Assembly: GCF_039654945.1 (NCBI RefSeq)
Contig: NW_027361688.1
Span: 248,001-312,000 of the forward strand
DNA: 64,000 bases
Source of the DNA: Dendrobates tinctorius
Taxonomy: Eukaryota
Direction: 5' to 3'
The translations under genes were made by a program, and so were the position numbers. The notes beneath the pieces were generated by a model. That model had not been told where the DNA came from, searched no databases, and saw only the letters and a program-made list of their open reading frames with translations. Shown here in pieces: positions 1-13,032 of this stretch. Within the stretch, counting starts at the first letter, position 1, and every line of letters begins with the position of its first letter.

Positions 1-1915
1 TGCTGAGCCGTGTATCTAATCCTCTCCTGTGTGATACTGTCTGCTGACCTGTGTATCTAATCCTCTCCTGTGTGATACTGACTGCTGAGTCGTGTATCTA
101 ATCCTCTCCTGTGTGATATTGTCTGCTGAGCTGTGTATCTAATCCTATCCTGTGTGATACTGTCTGCTGAGCTGTGTATCTAATCCTATCCTGTGTGATA
201 CTGTCTGCTGAGCTGTGTATCTAATCCTATCCTGTGTGATACTGTCTGCTGAGACGTGTATCTAATCCTCTTCTGTGTGATACTGTCTGCTGACCTGTGT
301 CTCTAATCCTCTCCTGTGTGATACTGACTGCTGAGTCGTGTATCTAATCCTCTCCTGTGTGATACTGTCTGCTGAGCTGTGTATCTAATCCTATCCTGTG
401 TGATACTGTCTGCTGAGACGTGTATCTAATCCTATCCTGTGTGATACTGACTGCTGAGCCATGTATCTAATGCTATCCTGTGTGATACTGTCTGCTGAGC
501 CGTGTATCTAATCCTATCCTGTGTGATACTGACTGCTGAGCCATGTATCTAATCCTATCCTGTTTGATACTATCTGCTGAGCCGTGTATCTAATCCTATC
601 CTGCGTGATACTGACTGCTGAGCCGTGTATCTAATCCTCTCCTGTGTGATACTGACTGCTGAGCCGTGTATCTAATCCTCTCCTGTGTGGTACTGACTGC
701 TGAGCCGTGTATCTAATCCTCTCCTGTGTGATACTGACTGCTGAGCCGTGTATCTAATCCTCTCCTGTGTGATACTGACTGCTGAGCCGTGTATCTAATC
801 CTCTCCTGTGTGATACTGACTGCTGAGCCATGTATCTAATCCTCTCCTGTGTGATACTGTCTGCTGAGCTGTGTATCTAATCCTCTCTTGTGTGATACTG
901 TCTGCTGAGCCGTATATCTAAACCTATCCTGTGTGATACCGTCTGCTGAGCAATGTATCTAATCCTATCCTGTGTGATACTGACTCCTGAGCCATGTATC
1001 TAATGCTATCCTGTGTGATACTGTCTGCTGAGACGTGTATCTAATCCTATCCTGTGTTATACTGACTGCTGAGCCATGTATCTAATGCTATCCTGTGTGA
1101 TACTGTCTGCTGAGCCGTGTATCTAATCCTATCCTGTGTGATACTGACTGCTGAGCCGTGTATCTAATCCTATCCTGCGTGATACTGACTGCTGAGGCGT
1201 GTATCTAATCCTCTCCTGTGTGATACTGATTTGTTTCCAATTCTATTCTGTGTGATACTGTGTGCTGAGCCGTGTATCTAATCCTATTCTGTGTGATACA
1301 TCTGCTGAGCCGTGTATCTTATACTCTCCTGTGTGATACTGACTGCTGAGCCATGTATCTAATCCTCTCCTGTGTGATACTGTCTGCTGAGCTGTGTATC
1401 TAATCCTCTCCTGTGTGATACTGTCTGCTGAGCCGTATATCTAATCCTCTCCTGTGTGATACCGTCTGCTGAGCAATGTATCTAATCCTATCCTGTGTGA
1501 TACTGACTGCTGAGCCGTGTATCTAATACTATTCTGTGTAATACATCTGCTGAGCCGTGTATCTAATACTATCATGTGTAATACTGACTGTTAGGCTATG
1601 TATCTAATCCTATCCTTTGTGATACTGTCTGCTGAGCAATGTATCTAATCTTATCCTGTGTGATACTGACTGCTGAACCGTGTATCTAATCCATTATGTA
1701 TTATACTGTCTCCTGAACTGTGTATCTGATACTATTAAGTGTGATATTGTGTGCTGAGCTGTGTATTTAATCCTATCCTGTGTGATGCTGTCTGTTGATA
1801 TGGGTATCTAATGCAATCGTATGTGATCATCTCTACTGGGTTGTACATCTAATCTTATTGTGTGTGTGATACTGTCTGTTGAGGCATGTATCTAATCCTA
1901 TCCTGTGTCAAACTG
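1..1915. repeat. 41-bp minisatellite array, running off the window start
   Basis: Tandem copies of TGCTGAGCCGTGTATCTAATCCTCTCCTGTGTGATACTGTC that decay towards 1900; a lone degenerate unit at ~4766-4802. Confidence 0.95.
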
Positions 1916-2111
1916 TCTGCTGATAGATTTTCTGTATACAAAGTGACTTGTGTAACCCCAGGCAGAATTCCTCTGTGAGGCAGTAAGTTGCTTCCCAGAG
2001 ATTTGCTGCATGAAAAACCAGTGTGATCACAACCTGACTCTCTGTGAGGCATCACATGATCTTGGGCCCTGATTAAAGATCAGTCACATGAACATGCAAC
2101 TAAGAGTGTAA

Positions 2112-4062
2112 TCTGTAACCATCAAGCACACTGTACTACCTCCTGTGATCTGTAACCATCAAGCACATTGTGCCACCTCCTGTGAACTGTAATCCATCAA
2201 ACACATTGTGCCACCTCCTGTGATCTGTAATCCATCAAGGACAATGCGTCACCTCCTGTGATCTGTAAATTACTGTAATCCATCAAGGACACTGCGTCAC
2301 CTCCTGTGATCTCTAACCATCAAACACATTGTGCCAACTCCTGTGATCTGTAATCGATTAAGCACATTGTGCCACCTCCTGTGATCTGTAACCATCAAGC
2401 ACATTATGCCACCTCCTGTGATCTGTAATCCATCAACCACACTGTGTCACCTCCTGTGATCTGTAACCATCAAGCACACTGTGCCACCTCCTGTGATCTG
2501 TAACCATCAAACACATTGTGCCACCTCCTGTGATCTGTAATCCATCAAGCACACTGTGCCACCTCCTGTGATCTGTAACCATCAAACACATTGTGCCACC
2601 TCCTGTGATCTGTAATCCATCAAGCACACTGTGCCACCTCCTGTGATCTGTAACCATCAAACACATTGTGCCAACTCTTGTGATCTGTAATCCAGCAAGC
2701 ACACTGTGCCACCTCCTGTGATCTGTAACCATCAAACACATTGTGCCAACTCCTGTGATCTGTAATCCAGCAAGCACACTGTGCCACCTCCTGTGATCTG
2801 TAATCCAGCAAGCACACTGTGCCACCTCCTGTGATCTGTAACCATCAAACACATTGTGCCACCTCCTGTGATCTGTAATCCAGCAAGCACACTGTGCCAC
2901 CTCCTGTGATCTGTAATCCAGCAAGCACACTGTGCCACCTCCTGTGATCTGTAACCATCAAGCACATTATGCCACCTCCTGTGATCTGTAATCCATCAAG
3001 CACACTGTGTCACCTCCTGTGATCTGTAACCATCAAGCACATTGTGCCACCTCCTGTGATCTGTAATCCAGCAAGCACACTGTGCCACCTCCTGTGATCT
3101 GTAACCATCAAGCACATTGTGCCACCTCCTGTGATCTGTAATCAATCAAGCACATTGTGCCACCTCCTGTGATCTGTAACCATCAAGCACATTGTGCCAC
3201 CTCCTGTGATCGTAATCAATCAAGCACATTATGCCACCTCCTGTGATCTGTAACCATCAAAGACATTGTGCAACCTCCTGTGATCTGTAATCCATCAAGC
3301 ACATTTTGCAACCTCCTGTGATCTGTAACCATCAAGCACATTGTGCCACCTCCTGTGATCTGTAACCATCAAGCACACTGCATCACCTCCTGTGATCTGT
3401 AACCATGAAGCACACTGCGTCACCTCCTGTGATCTGTAACCATCAAGCACACTGCTTCACCTTCTGTGATCTGTAACCATGAAGCACACTGCATCACCTC
3501 CTGTGATCTGCAACCATCAAGCACATTGAGCCACCTCCTGTGATCTGCAACCATCAAGCACACTGTGCCACCTCCTGTGATCTGTAACCATCAAACACAT
3601 TGTGCCAACTCCTGTGATCTGCAACCATCAAGCACATTGTGCCACCTCCTGTGATCTGTAATCATCAAACACATTGTGCCACCTCCTGTGATCTGTAACT
3701 ATCAAACATCAAACACATTGTGCCGCCTCTTGTGATCTGTAACCATCAAGCACATTGTGCCACCTCCTGTGATCTGTAATCATCAAACACATTGTGCCAC
3801 CTCCTGTGATCTGTAACTATCAAACATCAAACACATTGTGCCGCCTCTTGTGATCTGTAACCATCAAGCACACTGCATCACCTCCTGTGATCTGTAACTA
3901 TCAAACATCAAACACATTGTGCCACCTCCTGTGATCTGTAGCCATCAGGCACACTGCGTAACCTCCTGTGATCTGTAACCATCAGGCACACTGCGTAACC
4001 TCCTGTGATCTGTAGCCATCAGGCATATTATGCCACCACCTCTCATCTGTAACCATCAAGCA
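2112..4062. repeat. 37/38-bp minisatellite array
   Basis: Tandem TGTGCCACCTCCTGTGATCTGTAA(T)CCATCAAGCACAY. Confidence 0.95.
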
Positions 4063-5394
4063 TGTTGTATCACTGTTGTATGTTCAGCTGCAAAAGTTTT
4101 CCTTATTGCAGAGGTAGAGACTCCCGAAAAAGTTTGAAAGAACAAACTGTGCTGAATACATTGATTCCTACGATACCTACCATCACAAGCTGGCCTTCAC
4201 GAAAACTGGGGGGCGTCTCACTGGTAACGCCGCTCCACAGCTTGAGGAACACTGTGCTAGACCACCACTAATTTCCTGAATGAAGGGCTTGATAGAGTGA
4301 TACGACCCCATTAACAATACCTAGAGATTTCTGGTACTGGAAATTTGACACAATGATTGAGGCACAGAACCCTTCATACCCATGACAATTTGCTGAGTAA
4401 CAGAAATCTCTGAGTCGTTCTCATCCTTTTATATCACAGTGGCCAACGATACATCCTGGACTACCGACCCTGGAAGGGGAAACATTACAGAAGCCGCAGT
4501 GAGGCAACCGATCGCAATCAGTAGGGGATTTATTATTACTTACCTTAATCTTGTGCTAAAATAATTAATTCCACTATTTACCCTCCGGTGTCCTCCCCTC
4601 GGTGTGTTTGTGGCTCTGGAGTAGAGAAGTGTCCCCATGTACACAACCTGACTGTCATGGAGATGGGTTTGGAGCCCTCCCCCAATACAAGAGGAGGCCT
4701 GCTGAGCAACCAGGAACCTGAGTGCCAGAGGCACAGATTGCCTTTCCTTTATGATACCATCTTCTACTGAGCCAAGTATCTAATCTTACCATGTGTGATA
4801 CCAGTCATGATGGAAGCTGCATAATATATCATGAGAGATAATTGTCCAAGGGTGTTGACCATTGGGTGACAAATTTAGGGACACAGGAAACCACACATGT
4901 TCTATAACTCTTTCTTTTTACCACTTGCTCCCCAAATTTTTCAATCGGCTCCTCTTTCTTTTTCTTCTCCCTCTGGGTGTTCTGACGCATTGTGACTCGA
5001 GGTCACAGGCAGTGGTGGCATAAGAAGAAAGAAGAGGAGACGATTGGTGGACCGGGAGGGAAGCCGAGGGGTATAGGGAAGGTTGAGGAGAAAATATCCT
5101 CAAGATTCAATTTCATCTAACGTCACGAATTTTGGGAAATTCTAAATGAATTTGTTGGGTTTTCATGGATACATTCATCCCAAGTCCGAGACATCAGAGT
5201 CTCGCACCTTTTCTCCTTTGCAAGGATTATTATCATTTTTAATCTTTGCCTATAAACCTCTCGGTAAGAATGTTCCTTGACTGTCTTTATTCGATTCACT
5301 CTTCATTGCTGTAGAAATGGTACATTCTAGAGACCATCTGTTTCTGAGCGTCTATTTGTCAAAATTGTAGCTGGGATTACAATCTCAAAAAGGT

Positions 5395-5440
5395 TTGAAC
5401 TGATGAAAAGAACATGCTGTTCTCGAAACGCGTTGTTCTC
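5395..5440 (+). ncRNA. Minimal hammerhead ribozyme-like motif (Penelope-like element remnant)
   Basis: CTGATGA (5400-5406), stem II AGAACA/TGTTCT, then GAAA-CGCG-TTG; the cleavage-site base is G, so probably inactive. Confidence 0.45.
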
Positions 5441-5847
5441 TAATACAGGAATATTTCAGCCACTTCTGCACCTGGGCATCTTGGCATTCCATTCTGCCAG
5501 CACATCCCAAACTCCAATGCTTTTACTTGTGGTTTGTGACCTAAGATTGCTCAAGAAAGCTGTCATGCACTAGATTAATCTATTTGACCTGTCAATAAGC
5601 ACCTAGCGACACTTTTTGGGAGCTGTGTAGTGAATAGAAGCATGGGTATTGTTCTGTAAGTGTCCTGCATCGCCGCAGGGTGATGTTCTCCTGTTATTCC
5701 GGTTCCTATAGATGAGACATGAGAAAGCTAATGGACAGATCTGGTTAACATACTCCTTAGATGTTCAACCCAGTCCCACATTAGTAAATGGCCCCAGTTA
5801 CCGACTGGTCTGCCATTTCGAGTGTTGCATCCTGCCGACAGCGCCAA

Positions 5848-6829
5848 TGTTAACAGGTGCACGAATGGAACAGAGCAGAGAATGAGGAGACAGTGGCAAT
5901 TTATCCCACACAGTTAATGGGGTGCCTATGGAACAAAACCAATGAATATAATAAACAGTGAAAATACAGTAAAATTTGGCTACGCTGAATATTTGCACAA
6001 TTCTAACTGCACACACCTATTCCTATTATTACAGCTAAACACTAGTATCGTCAAAGGCGTCTTGGTCCTAACGTCTTAACCCTAACTGTGTCACTGACTC
6101 TATCGGGCTCGAAAGGCAATATGAAAAGTGGTACAGGCCCTAGCAGGAGTCTATGATACTCCGCCGTTAGGCCGCAAGTCCCAGATCTAAGTGTCACTTT
6201 CCATGCCCGTCACACTGGCATCCTCCGAACCCCTGAAGCACTGTTTTTGTACCGTACATCTACAATGGAGGTTATAGCTCACACGAACATCCCTCTTCTG
6301 CGACCTGGTGGTCTTTCTTTCGGCTTTGGCTCTGCTCACTTGACTTTGATCTCTCAGTCTCTGGTTCTGGTCACTCGGATCTGATCTCTTGGTTCCTTCA
6401 CTCGGATCTGGTCTCTTGGTTCCTTCACTCGGAAATGGTCTCTCGGTTCCTTCACTTGGATCTGGTCTTTTGATTCCTTCACTCAGATCTGTTCTCTCAG
6501 TTCCTTCACTCTGTTCTGGTCTCTCATAATGGTGGCTATAAGCCAACTCAGCAGCCTCACACGTCTGTCCTGCTACAGGTCCAGATGTCGACTTTGCTTC
6601 TTCTCCACCCTTCTGAGCCTTTTATAATTATCTGCGTCACAGCTACCACCTGATCTGGTGTATGTTTCATCTTCTCCCTCTCAGGAACCAGGTATGTCAT
6701 CTTAAAGTTCCTGCTCATGCGACTCTCAGTACTTTCTATCACACTACAATATTTAACCAATAGATTACTATCAGACACTCCATTAGGTCTCAAACTGCAG
6801 GGATCTCTGTTTTTGTCCACCTCCTTACA
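5848..6829 (-). mobile_element. Gypsy-type LTR
   Basis: TGT...ACA termini; tRNA-Ser-type PBS (minus strand TGGCGCTGTCGGCAGGAT, 5829-5846) on one side and a polypurine tract (minus strand AAAGAAGGGAGGAA, 6830-6843) on the other; internal 27-bp tandem repeat at ~6360-6520. Confidence 0.7.
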
Positions 6830-6869
6830 TTCCTCCCTTCTTTAAACTCGCCAGTTCTGGGGTGAGAAG

Positions 6870-7630
6870 GATCACTTCAGACCTTGGATGCTCCTTGGGG
6901 TCTGTTACCGCATAATATATTGCCAAATGAAATCGTCTACAGCATACGCCGTGAATGGGAAACCAGCATTGGCACGCTCACTTCTATGAGGCCCCTCTTG
7001 GTTTGTCTCTTCAAAAACATTCTGTCTTTCTTGCAATCCTCATCATGGGTTCAGTCTCTAATCTATTCTCTGGATCAGCTTGGAGTGGTAGTGTTGCTTC
7101 CCTTGGCATTATAGGTACTACCCAAAATTCATCCTCATCCACAAACCTCTTTGATGCAGCATCCGTCTGCTCTTTCAGGCGTTAAGTCACTCTCTCCACT
7201 TCAGCGACACATGCATGTTGCGGTCTAGCACTCTTCCTGGTGCCTCATCTTCTCCCTCAGTTTGGACAACATATACTGGATTTTCGGGGTGCACTCTCCT
7301 TGTTACTCAGTGGGGAGTCTCTGCCCATCTGTAATCCATCTTGTCCCTATGGCGCTTTGCTCATATTAGCATTCAATCTCTAGGTAGTAGGGGCATCTTC
7401 TGCACCATGGTCACATCAAGATGACCAGACACCTAAAATCTTTGTTCTATGAATCACCTCAGCGTCTACAACCAATGTCGGTGCTCCAGCACCCCGGTGG
7501 ACGTACTCATCCTTGTGTGTGTAATCTTCCTCTGGGTCAAGATCTATCCACGATATTTTGTGGCCATTACAGCCAAACAGCAACATGTAGGGCATGAGCT
7601 CGGTTGTTGTATATCCAAACTAACTCCTCA
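6870..7630 (-). pseudogene. Degraded Gypsy integrase C-terminal region
   Basis: Manual minus-strand translation gives LVWIYNN, PYMLLFG, PVYVVQTEGEDEAPGRVLDRNM and RSERANAG fragments with frameshifts, directly upstream of the PPT. Confidence 0.55.
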
Positions 7631-8227
7631 TCAGCCGACGCCTCTGTGACCAGAGGCAAACTTTTACTGCCAGTCATAGCTGCTGGCTTTTGCAGTCATC
7701 TGACATTTGTGGTATCTGAATGGAATGTTTTTTAAAGGTTCGTCCGGACCCGAACATCCAGGGGTTCGCCCATCACTAATGATTTTAAATTGTTATATCA
7801 CTTTTGTGGTGACCGTTAATGAAAGTAAGGAGCCACACAATGGTAGATGAGGTTAAAATATGATACTTTATATACAATTATTAAAACACAAATAACAAGA
7901 TAGTTTGCAAGACAGAAAATATGGAGGGACAAAAACAAACATAGGACACCCACTAATATTACCAGGCAAGAAACAGAGTTTAGTTACTCAAACTGGAAAA
8001 TCATTTGCTCATAATACTGATGTATAAAACCACCTGCCTAAGAGTCCTTATTCAAAATTACACGTGGCTCTCATGAGCATCACAATAACTAGGACACTAA
8101 GCAGCAATAGCTCTATGACTATCTATAACATACGCCAATAAAGTGCATCGTGCAATTAAAGTGACATGTGAGGATAGAAATAGACCTACCGGCGGCTGGT
8201 AAGTGGGGATCCCCGGACGTCCCTCTG

Positions 8228-8262
8228 CCCCGATGCGCGTTTCGCCCAGCTTCTTCAGGAGG
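8228..8262 (-). ncRNA. Minimal type I hammerhead ribozyme-like motif (Penelope-like element remnant)
   Basis: Minus strand CCTC-CTGAAGA-AGCTGGGC-GAAA-CGCGCA-TC-GGGG: core boxes, short near-palindromic stem III and stem I pairing. Confidence 0.5.
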
Positions 8263-8864
8263 CGTGATTTTAAATTGGACAAAACCTTATCGATAGAACA
8301 GAGTGGAAAAGGAGAAGCTACTCTGTTGACATGATGTTACCGGAAGCCACGGAATCCCCAACAGGAGCAGTCCTTAAACTCTGTGAGCTGCAGAGATAGG
8401 TATCGGGCGCAACAGGCAGGTAGTTAGCAACTATCTGCCAGCAAGTTCTTAGACCCATATGAAAATAAAAGTAGTCCAGTGGCCAGTCCAGGCAGTGGCT
8501 AATATAGGCAGCCTAGGATTCAAGCAGTGTCAATCTCATGGCAGGTTCCCTTTAAATATGTACCAAAATCTTACCGACACCCTCCTATTCATCAACTGCA
8601 GAATTAATGCTATAGAAGACCTTTTGAGCAGTACTTCTGAGAAAAAAAAGCACATTTTTTGAGTTTTTAATGCCACGTGGTACGGCAATTTGGGTGGCCA
8701 AGGCCCAAGAGGGCTGAAAAGTCCAATATAATTAAATATATTACATACTTTACATACCCTTCAACTTACAGGGGATTGTCTATTACACATCAATAAAACT
8801 GTTAATTTGCATTAACATAATCAAAACTGCCATAGGTTTTTGCTTGAATATATTCAGACTGAAG

Positions 8865-9480
8865 AATAACTATAGACCCCAGACCAGACCCCTTAAAGTA
8901 ATACAGGCCACAAAATAACTACAGACCAGAGATACGAACCCCAAAACTACAACAGACCCCAGAATAGAAGCCACAAAATAAATATACCGTAGATCCCAAA
9001 ACCAGTACCCCAAAACTATTACAGACCCATAGAATACAAACCCCAGAATGGAAGCCACAAAATAACTATAGATTCCAAAACCAGTACCCCAAAACTAATA
9101 CAGACCCATAGAATACATACCCCAGAATGGGTACAGACCTAAGACCAGACCTCAAAAACTAATACAGGCCACAGAATAACTACAGACCACAGAAGGACTA
9201 CACACTGTAGACCAGACCCCAAAAGCTAATACAGACCCACAGAACACAGACCCCAGAATACAGACCACAAAATAACAAGACTTCAGACCAGACCCGGAAA
9301 ACTAATACAGGCTCCAGAATGAATGCATACCCCAGACAGGTCCCCAAAAATAATAGAGAGGTAGCGACCCCATACCTGATGCTAACACTAATAAATATCT
9401 CAGAAGAATTTAAGACCCCAGACCAGACTCCCTAAACTGATACTGATCACAGAATAGGTACAGACCCATGATCTGACTCC
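8865..9480. repeat. Degenerate AC-rich tandem repeat
   Basis: Recurring CAGACCCCAAAACTAATACAGACC / ACAAAATAACTA units. Confidence 0.75.
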
Positions 9481-10899
9481 AGGGCCGATTTTGGACAAAA
9501 AGGGCACTTATCCAATGATATATAGGTAATTTCTTCCCTTTTACACTGCAGAGTCCTAGTGTATCGATATATCGATGCAGCTTTAGCCTGTGTTCCTGAC
9601 TCCTGCTTGAGATAGGTTTCTTTGTCAGCTCTTAGTAGTGCAAAGCTACATTGCATAGAAATAAACTGGAGACTCTGCACACAGCACGTCCTTCACCATC
9701 TTCAGACCTCCATCAGGATAGATCAAGGGATACCCGGTTTGTTTTAACAACCCAACGTTTACTGGACAGTTCAAGTTCATCAGTACCGAGCATAACGCTT
9801 CTTGTTTCCTTAACACAGTACATTCTCAGCATTCCTATCCGTTCCTCCTGGACTCTCCCTTATGTTTACTGGTTCCTTCAGCCACAGAGACTTCCCGTCC
9901 AAACCCGAAGTGCACCCAGGATCCATTACGTTTCCTTCACGCGGTTCCACGTCCATCGTCCCCTGTGCGCCAGAGGATAAGGCACTCTCCATAGTACCTA
10001 TACCGAGTCTTGAGCTCCGAACCTTGCATTAATTTAGAAAAAGGAAGTGAATAACGGTAACACTATAAAAGTGTATAAGGTCATCATGACTACAGAAAGC
10101 ATATAAGGGTATAAGGTCAACAGTCCGGAAACTTACACCTACACTTATTAAACCAAAGTCTAAAACAGTTCTCACAATTAATGACCAACAAACTGGTAAT
10201 TTTTACAAAGGACACACTTCTTTACAACACATAGAACCTGGTGATAACCATAGAATAAATACTCTGTGTCACTGGACTTGTGTGGCGCCCTGCGTCTTTA
10301 CCGCCACAAAAGGGTTAAATATGTACTGTTTTCTATGTGTTTTGTGAGCAATGGGAGTTATGCTTTCTCTGCTAGAGTCCACAACACACCCACACAATTT
10401 ACCTCACTCCCTAGCTTGTCTGAAGCTTAGAGCTTTGCAGACATACCCTAACTGGGAGGGGGAGGAGCAGAGTTGTTTTCAGTGAAGAAGGAGGAAGATG
10501 GAGAATGCTCTTGGAAGCCATGACATGCGCTTCCTCCAGGAGCAAAGCTAAGATGAATCAGGGAGTCAGCCTCTAGGCTATCCATGCTTTCAAAGCAGGA
10601 TGGTAAGCTGAGAGACTGTGTGGGTTTATACAACCAACAGCAGAGTGTTTTCCCCGGGAAGACTGCAGCAAACTAGGATCAGTGATGGATTGTGCGAGAA
10701 GAAACTGGAGCTTCACACAGGATCCAAGCTACAAGTTGCCAGAGGAGGAATACACAGTGAGTAGGGGCTATACTGGAAGTTCTAGACTCTGGGAAGTCTT
10801 GGTCCCAGGAGGGATTAGATTAGCAGGAAACTTACACCGAGTCACAGCAGAGTGAAGGATAACTCCCATTCTGCAGAGCAGACTGTAACCTGGTGAGAG

Positions 10900-13032
10900 T
10901 GTGGTAAGGGCCCGGATTGGGGGGTGGTCCACTGCTTACCGTGCATAGACGACACAGACAACAGACGGAGGCAGATTTTGCTTGTAACAGGTCTGAGTTT
11001 ATTGGCCGTCCTACTCCCCCTTCCTTTGTCTATTGTCGTCCCCGATAATCGTACTCCCTACCTACGTCATCCTGAAGCTTGCCCACTGTCTGTTGTCGGA
11101 CCGGTTGTTGGGCCAAACCCGCCACACGCGGGGGGCCGAACCAAACCGGGAGCACCATGCTCCGAGCCACCTACTGCTACTCGCCGGCGCGCACGCCACA
11201 TGACAACTTTTTTCAGGTTGGCGAGATCCACCCGGACTACTCTACGGCATGTACCTCCCACTACTCTCCCCTTCTGTTACCTTCAACTGTCCGGAACGCC
11301 ATGACCGAGGCCTTTCGCCTACCAGGTCATTGTTAGTGCCCGCCTATCCTTTTGGGGTGTCCGTGGTGTCGGGGACCTGACTGATGGACCACTGTCTGGT
11401 TCACTCACTTCCGTCTTGTTGTCCTTCAATTTTTTAAAAAGACTCATGGCCAGCATTTTTATCCTACCCTGTACCCGGGACCTGTTACACATTTTTATAC
11501 ACACTACACATTAAATCAACTTTTAAGCATACCGTTACCTCTACTTTAATAATAATATGAGTTACTCAACAGGAGTAACTCCTTTTTCTTTGTTTGCTTT
11601 TTTTTTTGTTTTTCTTTTTTTCTTTATTTCCTTCTTTAAACACACTATTTTAAACATAAAATGGAAGTACTCCCCCTTCCTTTAACATTAACACTTCTTT
11701 CTTCGCATCCACGCTATATCAGAAGAAAACAATAAACAATAAAAACATTTTCCTTAACTTGGACGCATAACTGTCCTTTTGGGCCTGCACAACGGTGCAG
11801 CGAAATCCCAGAAGTCCGGGTCATCTCCTGATAGCCGATGTCTCATCAGTAGTAAGGGGCTCCACAGCCGTGGAGCTCCCAGGATGCTGGGAGTGTCTCT
11901 AGGGGTCCTCTTACGGGGGCTCGTGGCTTTCGGGTTCAGCAATCACGGCTACCGCGTAGTAGCCGCAGGGACAGTACTCCTTGTAGTATGACACTAAGTC
12001 CCCCTCCCGCAAAGCCCGGCCGTGACGGATGGAAGTCACGTTGATATATACCTTCTGGCCAGTTTGGGATATCCCGAATTAACCCGTATCCTTTGTCCAG
12101 TACAGCTGCAAATGCCTGTGTCTCTTCCTGGCGTTGGAGTACCACAGCCATGTTGTCCGGCTTTTGTACCGCCCCGGATCTTCTGACGACAGCCAATGAT
12201 CCGGAACAAAGTCTCAAATTTATAATCCACAGGTGAGCAATTCAAGTCCTTTTAGGATCTTCTGCCGCAGGCCTGCCGCTGAAGTTGTAGTATTAGCGGC
12301 GGCAATCCTGTTGACTACACCAAATGTGGTAAGGGCCCGGATTGGGGGGTGGTCCACTGCTTACCGAGCACAGACGACACAGACAACAGACGGAGGCAGA
12401 TTTTGCTTGTAACAGGTCCTAGTTTATTGGCCATCCTCCTGACGACCGTAGCCATACACCACAGTCCCTTTACAGCTCTCCGTATTCAGGCCCGGGTACC
12501 TTCACCTTTCTTTCAGTCGTAGTGACATTCCTCGCGGATCTTTCGCTGGGGCTACCCTAGGCCTATCTACCGCCAGCGCTTCACCAGTCCGAGGTCGTCG
12601 TCCAATCGGTACCCCCGGGGCCTCGTCTGTCCTGCGGTTCCTCGTGTCAGGGCCACCCCCCTGACTGTCTCTTCCTGTCAGTCCCCTCTCCACCGTTGTC
12701 AGTCTTCTGTACTGAGTCTTCTCCTCCTGAGCTCCTCCCGGGACTAGCCTAGCCTGGAACCCTGTCCTGTCCTATATATTCCCTTCCTCGGGAATTTCCC
12801 TCCTGGGTTCCTATCTCCCCGCCCCCATAACTAAGCGGTTTCTATAGCCCTAAGCTGCTGTCAAGTCCTGAACTATGCTCCCCCTGCCATCTTGTGGTCA
12901 AATCTAGGTACTGCACTCCTTTTCCATCTTCCCCAGCTGTTTCCCTTCTGTCATTGCCAATATCCGTCTATAGTGCACAAACCGTCCCTTCTCCCTTCAG
13001 ACAAGTCCGTCCGTCAGGTCACCTTCCCTACA
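10900..13032 (-). mobile_element. Non-autonomous, internally deleted Gypsy-type LTR retrotransposon
   Basis: Complete 5' LTR 12325-13032; only the terminal ~113 bp of the 3' LTR remain (10900-11012 matches 12325-12437); tRNA-Ser-like PBS at 12305-12322; TSD AGAG at 10896-10899 and 13033-13036. Confidence 0.85.
11932..12125 (-). pseudogene. Degenerate cold-shock-domain (CSD)-like coding sequence inside the LTR element
   Basis: Joined across two frameshifts: DTGIC / LDKGYGLIRDI / TGQKVYINVTSIRHGRALREGDLVSYYKEYCPCGYYAVAVIAE, matching the CSD pattern of RNP1 (KGFGFI), RNP2 (VFVH) and LxEGxxV. Confidence 0.6.

Noticed and set aside
1-4062. CRISPR-like regular repeats and short ORFs within them
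   Set aside because: No unique spacers, no cas genes, eukaryotic context; these are plain tandem arrays
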